Source: Haloferax volcanii DS2
GTDB lineage: Archaea; Halobacteriota; Halobacteria; Halobacteriales; Haloferacaceae
DNA: 32,000 nt
Direction of reading: 5' to 3'
NCBI RefSeq assembly: GCF_000025685.1
Contig: NC_013967.1
Coordinates: forward strand, 1,230,001 to 1,262,000
The translations under genes were made by a program, and so were the position numbers. A model generated the notes under the pieces. The model was not told the DNA's origin. It did no database searches and saw only the letters and a list, made by a program, of their open reading frames with translations. Positions 15,842 to 25,948 of the stretch are shown here, piece after piece. The first letter of the stretch is position 1. The number at the start of each line of letters is the position of its first letter.

Positions 15842-16504
15842 CTACTGACCGGGGGCGACTTCCTCGAACGGTTGGACGATGACGAAGCCGCCCTCCCCCG
15901 CGAATTCGAGCTGGTAGGACTCGCCCGACGAGCGGCCGAGCAGCCCCTTGATGTCGATGTCGCGGTTCGACGACGGTGAGACGTTTCCGCTCCACGCGAC
16001 GGTCGCGTTGGGATCGGTCTTGACCGGCGTCGGGACGACGATTGGCTCGCCGTGGGTCGTGATGGCGACGTGGCCGGGGCCTTCGAGGAAGACGTTGAAC
16101 AGGCCGCCCGAGGAGGTGCCGGCGACGCTCGTCAGCATCTTGATGTCCCAGTTCACGCTCGACTCGAACGCGAGCACGTCGTTGCCGTTGACGCTCAGTT
16201 CCTCGCCCGCGTCGAGTTCGAGAATCTGAACCTCCTTGCCCTGGTCCGCGAGGTAGAGGTGGCCGGTGCCGGTCGCCTGCATCATGACGTCGCCCTCGCC
16301 GGTGGCCTTCTGCTTGAGCATCCCTTTCAGGCCGCCGGCGGACTTCCGCTCGAAGGAGATGTCGCCGGTGTAGCCGACCATCGACCCGGCTTTCGCCATG
16401 ACGTTCCCGTCGAGGGCCACGTCGAGGAGCTTCGAGTTTTCGAGTTCGAAGGAGTCGCCGCCTTCGGACGGTGCGTGCGCGCTGACGAATTCGTCTAAAT
16501 CCAT
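15842..16504 (-). CDS. AIM24 family protein
   Basis: Pattern LDGNVMAKAGSMVGYTGDISFERK ... LFNVFLEGPGHVAITTHG ... GFVIVQP is typical of the AIM24/DUF124 family. Confidence 0.8.
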   Translation of the reverse strand: MDLDEFVSAHAPSEGGDSFELENSKLLDVALDGNVMAKAGSMVGYTGDISFERKSAGGLKGMLKQKATGEGDVMMQATGTGHLYLADQGKEVQILELDAGEELSVNGNDVLAFESSVNWDIKMLTSVAGTSSGGLFNVFLEGPGHVAITTHGEPIVVPTPVKTDPNATVAWSGNVSPSSNRDIDIKGLLGRSSGESYQLEFAGEGGFVIVQPFEEVAPGQ

Positions 16505-16578
16505 TGAGTCACCGAGTCGCGGCCGAAAGCGACTCTACCGGAGAGGCGACTGTCAGGGGTATAGTTCTATTTGCCGCG

Positions 16579-16583
16579 AAAAA
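16579..16583 (-). terminator. T5 tract on the - strand downstream of proA
   Basis: A5 on the + strand, 27-31 nt beyond the proA stop (16610). Confidence 0.4.
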
Positions 16584-16609
16584 TCGGCCCGAACGGTCGA
16601 CGTGGTCAG

Positions 16610-17944
16610 TCAGTCCCGACGACTTCGGTGGCCGGGGGTCCAGTCGGCGTCGAGCGCCTCGTGGGTGAAGGGGACGGCGTCCTCGCCGGCGTAGGTGGCG
16701 ACCAACTGGCCGTCGCCTTCGAGGTAGTACTTGTAGGTCGTCAGCCCTTCGAGACCGACCGGGCCGCGGGCGTGAATCTTGCCCGTCGAGATGCCCACCT
16801 CGGCACCGAGGCCGTAGCGGTAGCCGTCGGCGAAGCGGGTCGAGGCGTTGTGGAAGACGCTGGCGGCGTCGACGCCGGTCATGAACGTCTCCGCACGCTC
16901 GGCGTCGTCGGTGACGATGGACTCGGTGTGTTTCGAGCCGTGGGCGTTGATGTGGTCGACCGCGTCGTACAGGTCCGAGACGACCTTGACGGAGAGTTCG
17001 AGGTCGCCGTACTCGGTGTCCCAGTCGTCGTCGGTCGCGGGGTCGATATCGACGTGTTCGCGGGTCGCCTCGTCGCCGCGGAGGACGACGCCCTCGTCGC
17101 GGTAGCGCTCGACGACCGTCGGCAGGAAGTCGGCGGCGACCGACTCGTCGACGAGGAGCGTCTCGACGGCGTTGCAGACCGCGGGGTACTGCACCTTCGC
17201 GTCGAGCGCGATGTCCGCGGCCATGTCGAGGTCGGCCGCCTCGTCGACGTAGACGTGACAGATACCCTCGGTGTGGCCGAGGACGGGAATCTGGGTGTTG
17301 TCCTGGATGTAGCTGACGAACTCCGAGGAGCCGCGGGGCATCACGAGGTCGACCATGTCGTCGAGTTCGAGCAGGCGGTCGACCTCCTCGTGGGCTTCGA
17401 TGAGCGTCGCCCAGCCGTCGGGCAGCTCCTCGGTGGCGGACAGAATCGTCTCGTACAGCACGCGGTTCGACTCGCTGGCCTCGCTGCCGCCCTTGAGGAT
17501 GACGGCGTTGCCGGACTTCAGCGCCAGCGCGGCGATTTGGACCAGCGCGTCGGGCCGCGACTCGAAGATGGTCGCCACGACGCCGATGGGGACCGAGAGT
17601 TTGTACAGTTCGAGGTCCTCGTCCAGTTCGCGCGCTTCCAGCGTCTCGCCGAGCGGGTCGTCCTGCTCGGCGACGGACTCGACCATCCCGGCGATGTCGT
17701 CCAGCTTCGCCTCGTCGAGTTTGAGGCGGTCCACGAGCGCCTGCGTGTACTCGCCGGCGACGAGCATCGCCTCGGCCTCCTCGACGTCCTCGCGGTTGGC
17801 CGCGAGAATCGCCTCGCTGTTGTCGCGGATGGCGTCCGCGATGGCTCCGAGCGCGGCGTCGCGGTCGGCCGCGTCGACGTTGGCGAGGCGGAGCGCCGCC
17901 GACTGTGCCCGTTCGACCTGCGCGGTCGTGTCTCGCTCAGTCAT
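16610..17944 (-). CDS. proA: glutamate-5-semialdehyde dehydrogenase
   Basis: Aldehyde-dehydrogenase fold motifs ([35 protein letters not shown]). ATG 17944 gives an 8-nt ATGACTGA overlap with proB, like the proC/proB junction. ATG 17956 is an alternative. Confidence 0.93.
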   Translation of the reverse strand: MTERDTTAQVERAQSAALRLANVDAADRDAALGAIADAIRDNSEAILAANREDVEEAEAMLVAGEYTQALVDRLKLDEAKLDDIAGMVESVAEQDDPLGETLEARELDEDLELYKLSVPIGVVATIFESRPDALVQIAALALKSGNAVILKGGSEASESNRVLYETILSATEELPDGWATLIEAHEEVDRLLELDDMVDLVMPRGSSEFVSYIQDNTQIPVLGHTEGICHVYVDEAADLDMAADIALDAKVQYPAVCNAVETLLVDESVAADFLPTVVERYRDEGVVLRGDEATREHVDIDPATDDDWDTEYGDLELSVKVVSDLYDAVDHINAHGSKHTESIVTDDAERAETFMTGVDAASVFHNASTRFADGYRYGLGAEVGISTGKIHARGPVGLEGLTTYKYYLEGDGQLVATYAGEDAVPFTHEALDADWTPGHRSRRD

Positions 17945-18842
17945 CGAGTTCACCATCGAGGGGGAGGAACATTGTTCCCACCGATTCGCGCTCGGCTATC
18001 TTCGCCAGCACGTCGGGCTCGGTCGACCGCGCGATGACGGCGGGGATGCCGTACTCGGCGGCGTCGCGCGCGCCGCGGACCTTCGTCTGGATGCCGCCGA
18101 AGCCGCCGGTCGAGCTCGCGGTGACGATGTCCTCCACGTCGCTGTAATTGTCGCCGACGACTTCGATGCGCTCGGCGTCGGAGTCCTCCTTCGGATTTCC
18201 TGTGTAGACGCCGCCCACGTCGGTGAGCGTCACGAGCAGGTCGACGCCGATACCGACCGCGATGTCCGACGAAATCATGTCGTTGTCTCCGATTTGGAGC
18301 TCTTCGGTGGCGACCGCGTCGTTCTCGTTGATGATGGGCACGACGCCCCACTCCAGCAGCGTCTCGACCGTGTTCCGGAAGTTGGTGAAGCGCTCGGGGT
18401 TCTCCAGGTCGTGCTGGGTGATGAGTATCTGGGCGACCTTCCGGTCGTAGCGCTCGAAGCTCTCGGTGTAGCGGTGCATGAGCAGGCTCTGGCCGACCGT
18501 CGACAGCGCCTGCGACGCTTCGAGAGTGTCGCGGTCCGCCGTGGGGTGGTCGAGCCGTCCGATGCCGGCCCCGACCGCGCCCGAGGAGACGAGCAGCACC
18601 TCCTTGCCGCGCGAGAGCAGCGACTCGATGTCGTCGACGAGCTTGTCGAGTTTGTCGTCGTCGAGGTTGGAGTCTTCGTCGGTCAGCGAGTTGGTGCCGG
18701 CCTTGACGATGACGCGGTCCGCCTCGGCGGCGGCGTCGCGGGCGGCGGCGACCGCATCGGGGTCGACGGCCGCAGTCGACTCGGACGCCTCGGACGCCTC
18801 GGACGCCTCGGACGCCTCCGCCGTCTCGCTCAGTTCACTCAT
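17937..18842 (-). CDS. proB: glutamate 5-kinase
   Basis: [11 protein letters not shown], FGDNDxxS-like IGDNDMISS and GTGGxxTK-like [12 protein letters not shown]. The N-terminal ~40 aa extension contains an (EAS)n repeat. 8-nt overlap with the proC stop. Confidence 0.93.
   Translation of the reverse strand: MSELSETAEASEASEASEASESTAAVDPDAVAAARDAAAEADRVIVKAGTNSLTDEDSNLDDDKLDKLVDDIESLLSRGKEVLLVSSGAVGAGIGRLDHPTADRDTLEASQALSTVGQSLLMHRYTESFERYDRKVAQILITQHDLENPERFTNFRNTVETLLEWGVVPIINENDAVATEELQIGDNDMISSDIAVGIGVDLLVTLTDVGGVYTGNPKEDSDAERIEVVGDNYSDVEDIVTASSTGGFGGIQTKVRGARDAAEYGIPAVIARSTEPDVLAKIAERESVGTMFLPLDGELDD
18781..18816 (-). repeat. perfect 9-bp x 4 tandem repeat (TCGGACGCC on + strand) encoding (EAS)4 in the proB N-terminal extension
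   Basis: Read directly from the sequence: tcggacgcc repeated four times without a mismatch. Confidence 0.95.
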
Positions 18843-19608
18843 CAGCGAACTCCTCCGCGAGTTCCTTCGACCGGCGCTCGGCCGCGACGACCGCCTCGGT
18901 GACGGCGTCGTCGGCGTCGCTGTCCCAGAGGACCTCCATCCCCTCGATGGTCGTCCCGTTCGGCGAGCAGACCGCGTCGATGAGTTCGTCGGCGGTGCGG
19001 TCGTCCTGCACGACGGTCTCGGCCGCGCCCTTGAACGTCTGGGCGGCGAGGATTTCGGCGTCTTCCTCGGAGAGTCCGCCCGCGACGCCGGCCTGCGTAA
19101 CGGCCTCGATGAGATAGAAGACGAAGGCGGGGCCGCTGCCGTTGACCGCGGTTGCGATGTCCATCTGCGACTCCTCGACCTCGACGAACTCGCCCACGTC
19201 CGAGAGGAGTTCGCGAACCTCGTCGGTCAGATCGCCGGTCGCCGCCGCGGCCATGTCGCGGGTCTCGGCGGCGAGGTTCGGCATGATGCGGACGACGCGG
19301 GCGTCGGTGCGCGCCTCGACGAACGAGGTCGGGACGCCCGCGGCGATGGTGACGAGAGTCTGGTCGGGAGACAAATCGAGTTCCGAGAGGACGGCCTCGA
19401 CGATGTCGGGCTTGACCGCGACGAACACCACGTCGGCGTCGGCCGCGCGCGACACGTCGTCCGTCGTCTCTTCACAGTAGTCGGCGACCGCGGCGAGGGC
19501 GTCGGGGTCGAGGTCGCAGGCGACGACCGAGTGGCCGCCCGCCTTCCAGAGCCCGGTGAGGAGGGCGCTCCCCATGTTTCCGCAGCCGATAACGCTCGTG
19601 CGTACCAT
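18835..19608 (-). CDS. proC: pyrroline-5-carboxylate reductase
   Basis: [15 protein letters not shown] is a Rossmann motif. The C-terminal [11 protein letters not shown] motif is typical of ProC. Confidence 0.93.
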   Translation of the reverse strand: MVRTSVIGCGNMGSALLTGLWKAGGHSVVACDLDPDALAAVADYCEETTDDVSRAADADVVFVAVKPDIVEAVLSELDLSPDQTLVTIAAGVPTSFVEARTDARVVRIMPNLAAETRDMAAAATGDLTDEVRELLSDVGEFVEVEESQMDIATAVNGSGPAFVFYLIEAVTQAGVAGGLSEEDAEILAAQTFKGAAETVVQDDRTADELIDAVCSPNGTTIEGMEVLWDSDADDAVTEAVVAAERRSKELAEEFADE

Positions 19609-19713
19609 TGGTGCTGACTCAAGGTACGACGCTCAGATAGTAACTGCGTTCCGGTCAAGCCATGCCAAACCGGAAAACGAGTTGTCAGTTCCGGGGGCCG
19701 TGCCGGGGCCTGC

Positions 19714-20865
19714 TCACAGCCCGCCCTGCCGGTAGATGAGGTTGCGCTGAATCTCGTTTGCGCCCTCGTAGATGACCGGGATGCGCGCGTCGCGGTAGAC
19801 CCGCGAAATCTTGTACTCGTTGAGGACCGACCGGCCGCCGTGGAGCTGCATGCCACGCTCGGCCACGTCGACCGCCGTCTCGGTCGATTTCGTCTTCGTT
19901 GCGGCCGCCCAGAAGCCGGCGTCCTCGCCGTTCGCGACCTTCTCGGCGGCGCGCCAGTTGAGCGCGCGGGCCGCCTCGAACTCCATGCGCATATCGGCGA
20001 GGATGTGCTGGACCGCTTGGAACTCCGAGACGCTGCGCCCGAACGCTTGCCGGTCGTGGACGAACTCCCACGTCTCCTCGATGGCGGCGGCCGCGAGGCC
20101 GAGGCTGTGGCCGCCGACGATGACGCGGCCGTGGTTGAAGAAGTCCGCGAGCATGTAGAAGCCGCCGCCCTCGGTGCCGATGAGGTTCTCCTCGGGCACC
20201 TCGCAGTCGTCGAAGACGATGTGGCCTTGCTTGGAGGCGCGCATACCCATCTTCTCGGGGATGTGTTCCGCCTCGTAGCCGGACGTGTCGGTCGGCACGA
20301 TGAACATCGAGTAGTTCGAGTAGCGGTCGTCGGTGTCGGCGGTCTTGGCGTACACCGTCAGCCAGTCGGCCTCGACGGCGTTGCCGACCCAGTACTTCTC
20401 GCCGTTGAGGACGTAGCCGTCGTCGGTCTTCTCGGCGGCCGTCTCCATGCCGGCCATGTCGGAGCCGGTCTGCGGCTCGGAGACCGCGAGTCCCGAGAGC
20501 TGTTCGTTTTCCGCGACCGGGCGGAGCCACTTCTCTTTCTGTTCTTCGCTGCCGTAGTGCTCCATAATCTCGCAGCCGAACGAGGCGAGCTGGAGCGTCA
20601 GCGCGATACCGGCGTCGGCGCGGTAGAACTCCTCGGAGATGGCGAGCATCTGCTGGAGGTCGAAACCCTTGCCGCCGTACTCCTCGGAGATGTCCTGTGC
20701 GACGAGCCCCGCGTCCATCCCCGCTTGGAGCACCTCGCGGGGGTACTCGCCGGACTCGTAGTAGTCCGCCGCGACCGGTTCGATGTGCGCTTCGGCGAAC
20801 TCGCGGGCCTCCTGCTTGAGGTCGCGGGCGTGTTCGGGCACGATGGAGTCGTCGAGAAGTTCCAT
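19714..20865 (-). CDS. acyl-CoA dehydrogenase
   Basis: GLAVSEPQTGSDMAGMET, YWVGNA and QLHGGRSVLNEYKISRVYRDARIPVIYEGANEIQ are ACAD signatures. The spacing between TATA and ATG suggests a leaderless mRNA. Confidence 0.93.
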   Translation of the reverse strand: MELLDDSIVPEHARDLKQEAREFAEAHIEPVAADYYESGEYPREVLQAGMDAGLVAQDISEEYGGKGFDLQQMLAISEEFYRADAGIALTLQLASFGCEIMEHYGSEEQKEKWLRPVAENEQLSGLAVSEPQTGSDMAGMETAAEKTDDGYVLNGEKYWVGNAVEADWLTVYAKTADTDDRYSNYSMFIVPTDTSGYEAEHIPEKMGMRASKQGHIVFDDCEVPEENLIGTEGGGFYMLADFFNHGRVIVGGHSLGLAAAAIEETWEFVHDRQAFGRSVSEFQAVQHILADMRMEFEAARALNWRAAEKVANGEDAGFWAAATKTKSTETAVDVAERGMQLHGGRSVLNEYKISRVYRDARIPVIYEGANEIQRNLIYRQGGL

Positions 20866-20887
20866 ACCACGCCATGGAATCGTACAG

Positions 20888-20895
20888 TAAAAATA
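20888..20895 (-). promoter_or_regulatory. TATA-box-like TATTTTTA upstream of the acyl-CoA dehydrogenase gene
   Basis: Centred about 27 nt upstream of ATG 20865. This geometry is typical of leaderless haloarchaeal mRNAs. Confidence 0.45.
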
Positions 20896-20955
20896 GGCAT
20901 GGAACCAGTCTAAACTTCAAACTTGTTTTTTGTTAGAATAGCTGTTGCCCGACGC

Positions 20956-22617
20956 TCATTCGTCCGACGGAGCCTCCGAATCGGGCGTCTTGCCCTCGAT
21001 GAGCGACGAGTCGTCGTACCGGTCGCGGAGCACCTTCTTGTCGAACTTGCCGGTCGCAGTCTTCGGCACCTCGTCGATGAACACGACCTCGTCGGGGGCC
21101 CACCACTTCGGGAACTCGTCTTCGACGCGCGCGACGAGGTCGGCCTTGAGCGCGTCCTCGTCGACGCCGCCCTTCGGGACGATAAAGGCCACGGGGCGCT
21201 CCTGCCAGCGTTCGTGGGGGACGCCGATGACGGTCGCCTCGGCCACGTCGTCGTGGGCCATGATGCTGTTTTCGAGTTCGAGCGACGAAATCCACTCCCC
21301 GCCGGATTTGATGACGTCTTTCGCCCGGTCGACGATTTGGACGTAGCCGTCTTCGTCCACCGTGACCACGTCGCCGGTCTTCAGCCAGCCATCCTCGTAG
21401 TCCTCCTCGTTCGCGTCGGGGCGCTCGAAGTACTCGGTCGTCACCCACGGGCCGCGGACCCACAGCTCGCCGAACTCCTCGTCGTCCCACGGGACCTCGT
21501 TCCCGTCGTCGTCGACGACGCGCATCTCCAGCCCCGGCGCGAGCAGGCCCTGCTTGGCGCGCTTTTCGTACTGCGCTTCGGCGGGGAGGTCCTCCATCCC
21601 CGGCTTGAGGTGGGCGACGGTCCCGACCGGCGACATCTCCGTCATGCCCCACGCGTGGAGCACGTCCACGTCGTGTTCCTCGTCGAACCGGCGGATGACC
21701 GACTTGGGCGCGGCCGACCCGCCGATGATGATGCGTTCGAGCGACGAGATGTCCGCGTCGTGCTCGTCGAGGTAGTCGAGCAGGCCGAGCCACACCGTCG
21801 GCACGCCCGCGGTCATCGTCACGCCCTCCTCCTCGATGAGTGTCGCGAGGTCCTCGGGCGTCGGCGACGGGCCGGGGTAGACGTGTTTCGCGCCCGCCGC
21901 GGTCGTCGAAAACGGCAGGCCCCACGCGTTGACGTGGAACATCGGGACGACCGGCATGATGACGTCTTTCGCGCCGATGTCGAGGCCGGATTCGGGGAGC
22001 GTCGCCATCGTGTGCGCCCACAGCATCTGCTGGGAGTACTCGACGCCTTTCGGCTGGCCCGTCGTCCCCGAGGTGTAACACATCCCCGCCGGCTGGTCCT
22101 CCGGGAGGTCCGGCCAGTCGTACTCGTCGGGGTGGTCAGCGATGAACGACTCGTAGTCCGTCACCGGGGACAGGCCCACGTCGTCCGGTACCTCGGAGGC
22201 CATCACGACGAACTGCTCGACGGAGGCAAAGGCGTCCCCGTCGACCGCGCCGGCGAGTTTCGGCGCGAGCGACGGGTCCACGAAGATGATGCGGTCCTTC
22301 GCGTTCTCGACGATGTACTGGATGTGGTGGTCGGGCAGAAGCGGGTTGATGGTGTGCAGCTGCGCGCCCATCGAGGGGACCCCGAAGTACGTCTCGAAAT
22401 GTCGGTTGTGGTTCCAGCAGAACGTCGCCACCCGGTCGCCGTCCCCGATGCCGGCGTCCGAAAGCGCCCCCGCGAGCCGTGCCACGCGCCCCTCGTACTC
22501 CGCGTACGTGTAGCGTTCCAGCCCTTCGGCGGTCCGAGAGACGATTTCGCGGTCCGGATAGAGCTTGCCCGCGCGCCACAGGAACGGCCGAAGTGTCTGG
22601 TTGGTAGCACCTACCAT
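20956..22617 (-). CDS. fatty-acid--CoA ligase (adenylate-forming, FadD-like)
   Basis: AMP-binding motif YTSGTTGQPKGV, with WLKTGD and GKFDKKVLR motifs. Confidence 0.92.
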   Translation of the reverse strand: MVGATNQTLRPFLWRAGKLYPDREIVSRTAEGLERYTYAEYEGRVARLAGALSDAGIGDGDRVATFCWNHNRHFETYFGVPSMGAQLHTINPLLPDHHIQYIVENAKDRIIFVDPSLAPKLAGAVDGDAFASVEQFVVMASEVPDDVGLSPVTDYESFIADHPDEYDWPDLPEDQPAGMCYTSGTTGQPKGVEYSQQMLWAHTMATLPESGLDIGAKDVIMPVVPMFHVNAWGLPFSTTAAGAKHVYPGPSPTPEDLATLIEEEGVTMTAGVPTVWLGLLDYLDEHDADISSLERIIIGGSAAPKSVIRRFDEEHDVDVLHAWGMTEMSPVGTVAHLKPGMEDLPAEAQYEKRAKQGLLAPGLEMRVVDDDGNEVPWDDEEFGELWVRGPWVTTEYFERPDANEEDYEDGWLKTGDVVTVDEDGYVQIVDRAKDVIKSGGEWISSLELENSIMAHDDVAEATVIGVPHERWQERPVAFIVPKGGVDEDALKADLVARVEDEFPKWWAPDEVVFIDEVPKTATGKFDKKVLRDRYDDSSLIEGKTPDSEAPSDE

Positions 22618-22709
22618 AGTGTCCTCTTGTGGTAAAACGTAATGATTGTTTGGAAATGACTCGGCGTGGTGCGGGCTGCGGATTCGGCGTCACCCGCGGG
22701 CGCGTTCAC

Positions 22710-24650
22710 TCACTCGTCGCGGTCGGGAACGAACTCATCACCACCGTCGCCGCCGTCGGTATCGCCGGCGTCGGCGTCTCCGTTGTCGGTGTCGCCTTCC
22801 GCGCGCTCGGCGTCGCCGCGTTCGGCTCCGTCGACGCTCGCTTCACTATCGTCCTCGGCCTCGTCTCCGTCGCGTTCCGCGTCCGCGACTGTCGCGTCGC
22901 CCTCGGCGTCGTCGATGGCGGCCTCGTCGGCGTCGCTCGCGGGCGTCGCCTCGCCGGAGTCGGTCTCGGAGTCGTCGGACTCGTCGTCGTCGTCACCGTC
23001 GTCACCGGCATCGTCGTTGGTGTCGTCGTAATCGGTCGCGTGCTCCGGTTCGGCCTCCGCGACGGGCTTGGCCGCGACCAGTCGCTCGCGGACCGCCTCG
23101 CGGTCGACGGTCCCCGAGACGGTCCGCGAGAGTTCGTCCGCGGTCGCGACCAGTCGCGGGCATTTGAACCCGGCGAGTCGCTCGCGACAGAAGGCGTCGA
23201 GGTCCTCGTCGTCCGGTGGGTTCTCCGGGTCCGCGGGAACGACGAGGGCGGCGACGCGCTCGCCCCACTCGGCGTCGGGGACCCCGAGCACGGTGGCGTC
23301 GTCAACGTCGGGGTGGTCCCGCAGGACCGCCGCGACCTCGCCGGGGTCGACGTTCTCGCCGCCGGTGATGATGCGGTCGTCCTTCCGGTTCAGGACGTAC
23401 AGGAGACCGTCGTCGTCGCGGTAGCCGATGTCGCCGGTTCGGAGACCGGCGTCGCTGAAGGCGTCGGCGGTGGCCTCGGGGTTCCGGTAGTAGCCGGGCG
23501 AGACGGTCGGTCCCGACACGACGAGTTCGCCCGGCGTGCCGGGTTCGACGGGGGTTCCGTCCTCGTCGACGACCCGGAGGTCGGTGAAGTAGAGCGGCCG
23601 CCCGACGGTCCCCACGTCGTCGAACGCCTCCCGCGGGGTCGCGGTGGCGACCTGCGACGCCGTCTCGGTCATGCCGTAGGTCGGGTGGACCGGCACCGAG
23701 TAGTTCCGACAGCGCTCGATGAGTTCGTCGGGGGCGGGCGCGCCGCCGAGGAGCACCACGCGGAGCGAGTCCGAGAGCGTCCCCCGGCTGTCGAGCATCC
23801 GCGTGAGCATCGTCGGCACGAGCGAGACGCCCGTCACGTCGTACTTGCCGATGTCGTCGGCCGCGCCGCCGGCGTCGAACCCCTCGCGGAGGACGACCGT
23901 CGTCCCGTACAGCGGGCCGCGGAGAATCGGGCCGATGCCGCCCATGTGGTGCAACGAGAGCGTGACGAGCCACCGGTCGTCGCGCGAGACGCCGACTCGG
24001 AACGCGCCGGCGACGGCGTTGGCGAGCAGGTTCCCCATGGTGAGTCGCACCGCCTTCGGCGTCCCGGTCGTCCCCGAGGTGAAAAGCAGGAGCATCGTCT
24101 CCGAGAGCGACCAGCCCACGGGTTCGACCCGCTTGGGCGCGATAGACGAGAGGTTGATGACGCCCTCCCAGCGCGGGTCGTCCACGGAGACGACGGGCAC
24201 GTCGGTCGTCGCCTCGACCGCCGTCGACTCGGTGGACTCGCCGCAGACGAGCGTCGTCACGTCCGCGAGTTCGACGTTGCGACCGATTTCGTCGGCGGTG
24301 AGTCGGTCGCTGAGGGGCACGAGCACCGCCCCGAGCCGCGTCGCGGCGTGGATGAGTCGGACGTAGTCGATGCCGGGGGTCAAGACGACGCCGAGGTGGT
24401 CGCCGGCCTCGACGCCGAGGGCGGCGAGCTGGCCGGCGGTCTCGTCCACGAGCGCGTCGAGTTCGCGGAAGGTCCACGAGTCGCCGGTCGCGGCGTGGAT
24501 GAGCGCCTGTCGGTCGGGCGTCGCGGCGACCCGGTGGGAGAGCCAGTCGCGCATCGGCCCGGCGAACCCGCGGGCGTCGGCGGCGGTTGCGTCGTCCTCG
24601 GTCGACTCGGAGTCGTTGCCACCGGCCGCGTCGTCGGGAGCGCCCGTCAT
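22710..24650 (-). CDS. class I adenylate-forming acyl-CoA ligase (MenE/FadD-like) with 119-aa poly-acidic C-terminal tail
   Basis: FTSGTTGTPKAV, YGMTE, LRTGDIGYRDDDG and ITGGENV. The catalytic core ends near VRERLVAA, followed by a D/E/G/A/T-rich low-complexity tail (nt 22713-23069). Confidence 0.9.
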   Translation of the reverse strand: MTGAPDDAAGGNDSESTEDDATAADARGFAGPMRDWLSHRVAATPDRQALIHAATGDSWTFRELDALVDETAGQLAALGVEAGDHLGVVLTPGIDYVRLIHAATRLGAVLVPLSDRLTADEIGRNVELADVTTLVCGESTESTAVEATTDVPVVSVDDPRWEGVINLSSIAPKRVEPVGWSLSETMLLLFTSGTTGTPKAVRLTMGNLLANAVAGAFRVGVSRDDRWLVTLSLHHMGGIGPILRGPLYGTTVVLREGFDAGGAADDIGKYDVTGVSLVPTMLTRMLDSRGTLSDSLRVVLLGGAPAPDELIERCRNYSVPVHPTYGMTETASQVATATPREAFDDVGTVGRPLYFTDLRVVDEDGTPVEPGTPGELVVSGPTVSPGYYRNPEATADAFSDAGLRTGDIGYRDDDGLLYVLNRKDDRIITGGENVDPGEVAAVLRDHPDVDDATVLGVPDAEWGERVAALVVPADPENPPDDEDLDAFCRERLAGFKCPRLVATADELSRTVSGTVDREAVRERLVAAKPVAEAEPEHATDYDDTNDDAGDDGDDDDESDDSETDSGEATPASDADEAAIDDAEGDATVADAERDGDEAEDDSEASVDGAERGDAERAEGDTDNGDADAGDTDGGDGGDEFVPDRDE

Positions 24651-24653
24651 CGC

Positions 24654-25037
24654 TCAGTGCGAGACGAACTCCACGAGGACGCCGCCCGTGGACTTGGGAT
24701 GTAAGAAGGCGACCTCGTGGCCCCACGCGCCGGGGCGCGGCTCCTCGTCGATGCGGTCGACGCCGGCGGCCTCGGCGGTCCGGAGCGCGGCCTCGATGTC
24801 GTCGGTCTCGACGGCGACGTGGTGGATACCGCCGCCGCGCTTGTCGAGGAATTTCGAGATAGCACCCTCCTCGTGGGGTTCGAGCAGTTCGAAGTAGCCG
24901 TTTTCGAGTTCGAGGAAGACGACCGACATGCCGTCGAACGTCTCCTCGTGGGCCACGGGCGCGTCGAACAGCTCCGCGAACAGCGCGGCCAACCCGGCGG
25001 CGTCGGGCGTGGCGATTCCGACGTGGTCGAAATGCAT
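24654..25037 (-). CDS. mce: methylmalonyl-CoA epimerase (VOC/glyoxalase fold)
   Basis: MHFDHVGIAT...FLELENGYFELLEP...GGIHHVAVETDDIEAAL...VAFLHPKSTGGVLVEFV. ATG 25037 lies in frame inside the over-long ORF 24654..25685. 3-nt gap to the downstream ligase. Confidence 0.9.
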   Translation of the reverse strand: MHFDHVGIATPDAAGLAALFAELFDAPVAHEETFDGMSVVFLELENGYFELLEPHEEGAISKFLDKRGGGIHHVAVETDDIEAALRTAEAAGVDRIDEEPRPGAWGHEVAFLHPKSTGGVLVEFVSH

Positions 25038-25091
25038 GCCTCCAGTTCGTCGGGCGCAACGGATAAACCCAGACGGTTCGATACTCCTGTC

Positions 25092-25466
25092 ATGATAGTA
25101 ACGACAACGGAGACGGTCATCGGCCGCGACATCGAGGAGACGCTTGGTGCCGTCCGGGGGAACACGATTCGCGCCCGAAACGTCGGCCGCGACATCACGC
25201 AGGGGCTCCGAAACATCGTCGGCGGCGAACTCAAGTCCTACACCGGGCTGATGGCCGAGGCGCGCGACGAGGCGACAGACCGGATGGTGGCCGAGGCGGA
25301 GGCGATGGGTGCCGACGCCGTCGTCAGCGTCCGGTACGTGACCGCCGAGGTGGCCCAAGGAGCGGCCGAGATTCTGGCCTACGGGACCGCCGTCACGCTC
25401 GTCGGCGGCACCGACCCCGACGCCGACGCGGAACCCGCGTCCGAGTCGAACGCCGACGTGGCGTGA
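25092..25466 (+). CDS. YbjQ/UPF0145 family protein
   Basis: MIVTTTETVIGRDIEETLGAVRGNTIRARNVGRDITQGLRNIVGGELKSYT...GADAVVSVRY is a clear YbjQ pattern. ATG 25092 lies in frame inside ORF 24717..25466. Confidence 0.88.
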   Translation: MIVTTTETVIGRDIEETLGAVRGNTIRARNVGRDITQGLRNIVGGELKSYTGLMAEARDEATDRMVAEAEAMGADAVVSVRYVTAEVAQGAAEILAYGTAVTLVGGTDPDADAEPASESNADVA

Positions 25467-25473
25467 GCCGACG

Positions 25474-25854
25474 GTGACGCCGACGACTCGGCGGGTCACC
25501 CGAGACCCGCGGCGACTCGCACACAGGTTCGTCCGACTCGCCACAGCCCGGGCCACAGTCGCCGTCTTCGCCGCGCTCGCGGCCGTGTGGGCAGTCGGCT
25601 TCGTCGGCGTGGTGCCGAGAGAAATCTGGGTCGTCGATTCCCCCGCGTTGGTGGCCGCCTTCTTCTTCGACACGCTCGCGGCCAACGAGTTCGGCGTCCG
25701 CGAGACGGCGGTGTTCCACCCGGCGCTCGCCGTCTTCGGTTACCTCCAGGCAATGGTCTTCGTGGCGGCCGGGCGAGTGCTTCGAACTCGACTCGTCGGT
25801 GTCGGTGAGCGACGCGAAAGCGGGAAACGCGTCGAGAGTGGGGAACGAAAATGA
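25474..25854 (+). CDS. hypothetical membrane protein
   Basis: GTG start 8 nt after the ybjQ-like stop. Two or three hydrophobic segments (VAVFAALAAVWAVGFVGVV; ALVAAFFF; ALAVFGYLQAMVFVAAG). GC3 is high in the core. No family recognised. Confidence 0.45.
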   Translation: MTPTTRRVTRDPRRLAHRFVRLATARATVAVFAALAAVWAVGFVGVVPREIWVVDSPALVAAFFFDTLAANEFGVRETAVFHPALAVFGYLQAMVFVAAGRVLRTRLVGVGERRESGKRVESGERK

Positions 25855-25948
25855 GCGCAGGAGCGCGCGTCAAGAGCGGGACGCGAGGGGCGTGAAGTTC
25901 GAAGGTAGCGAGCGAGTCGGCGTGTGACTCACGGCGTCGGGTCGGGCC

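Noticed and set aside
18781-18816. Short perfect tandem repeats considered as a possible CRISPR or minisatellite array.
   Set aside because: The units are only 9 bp, directly adjacent with no spacers, and in frame within proB. This is a coding tandem repeat, not a CRISPR array. No CRISPR-like repeat-spacer structure exists anywhere in the window.
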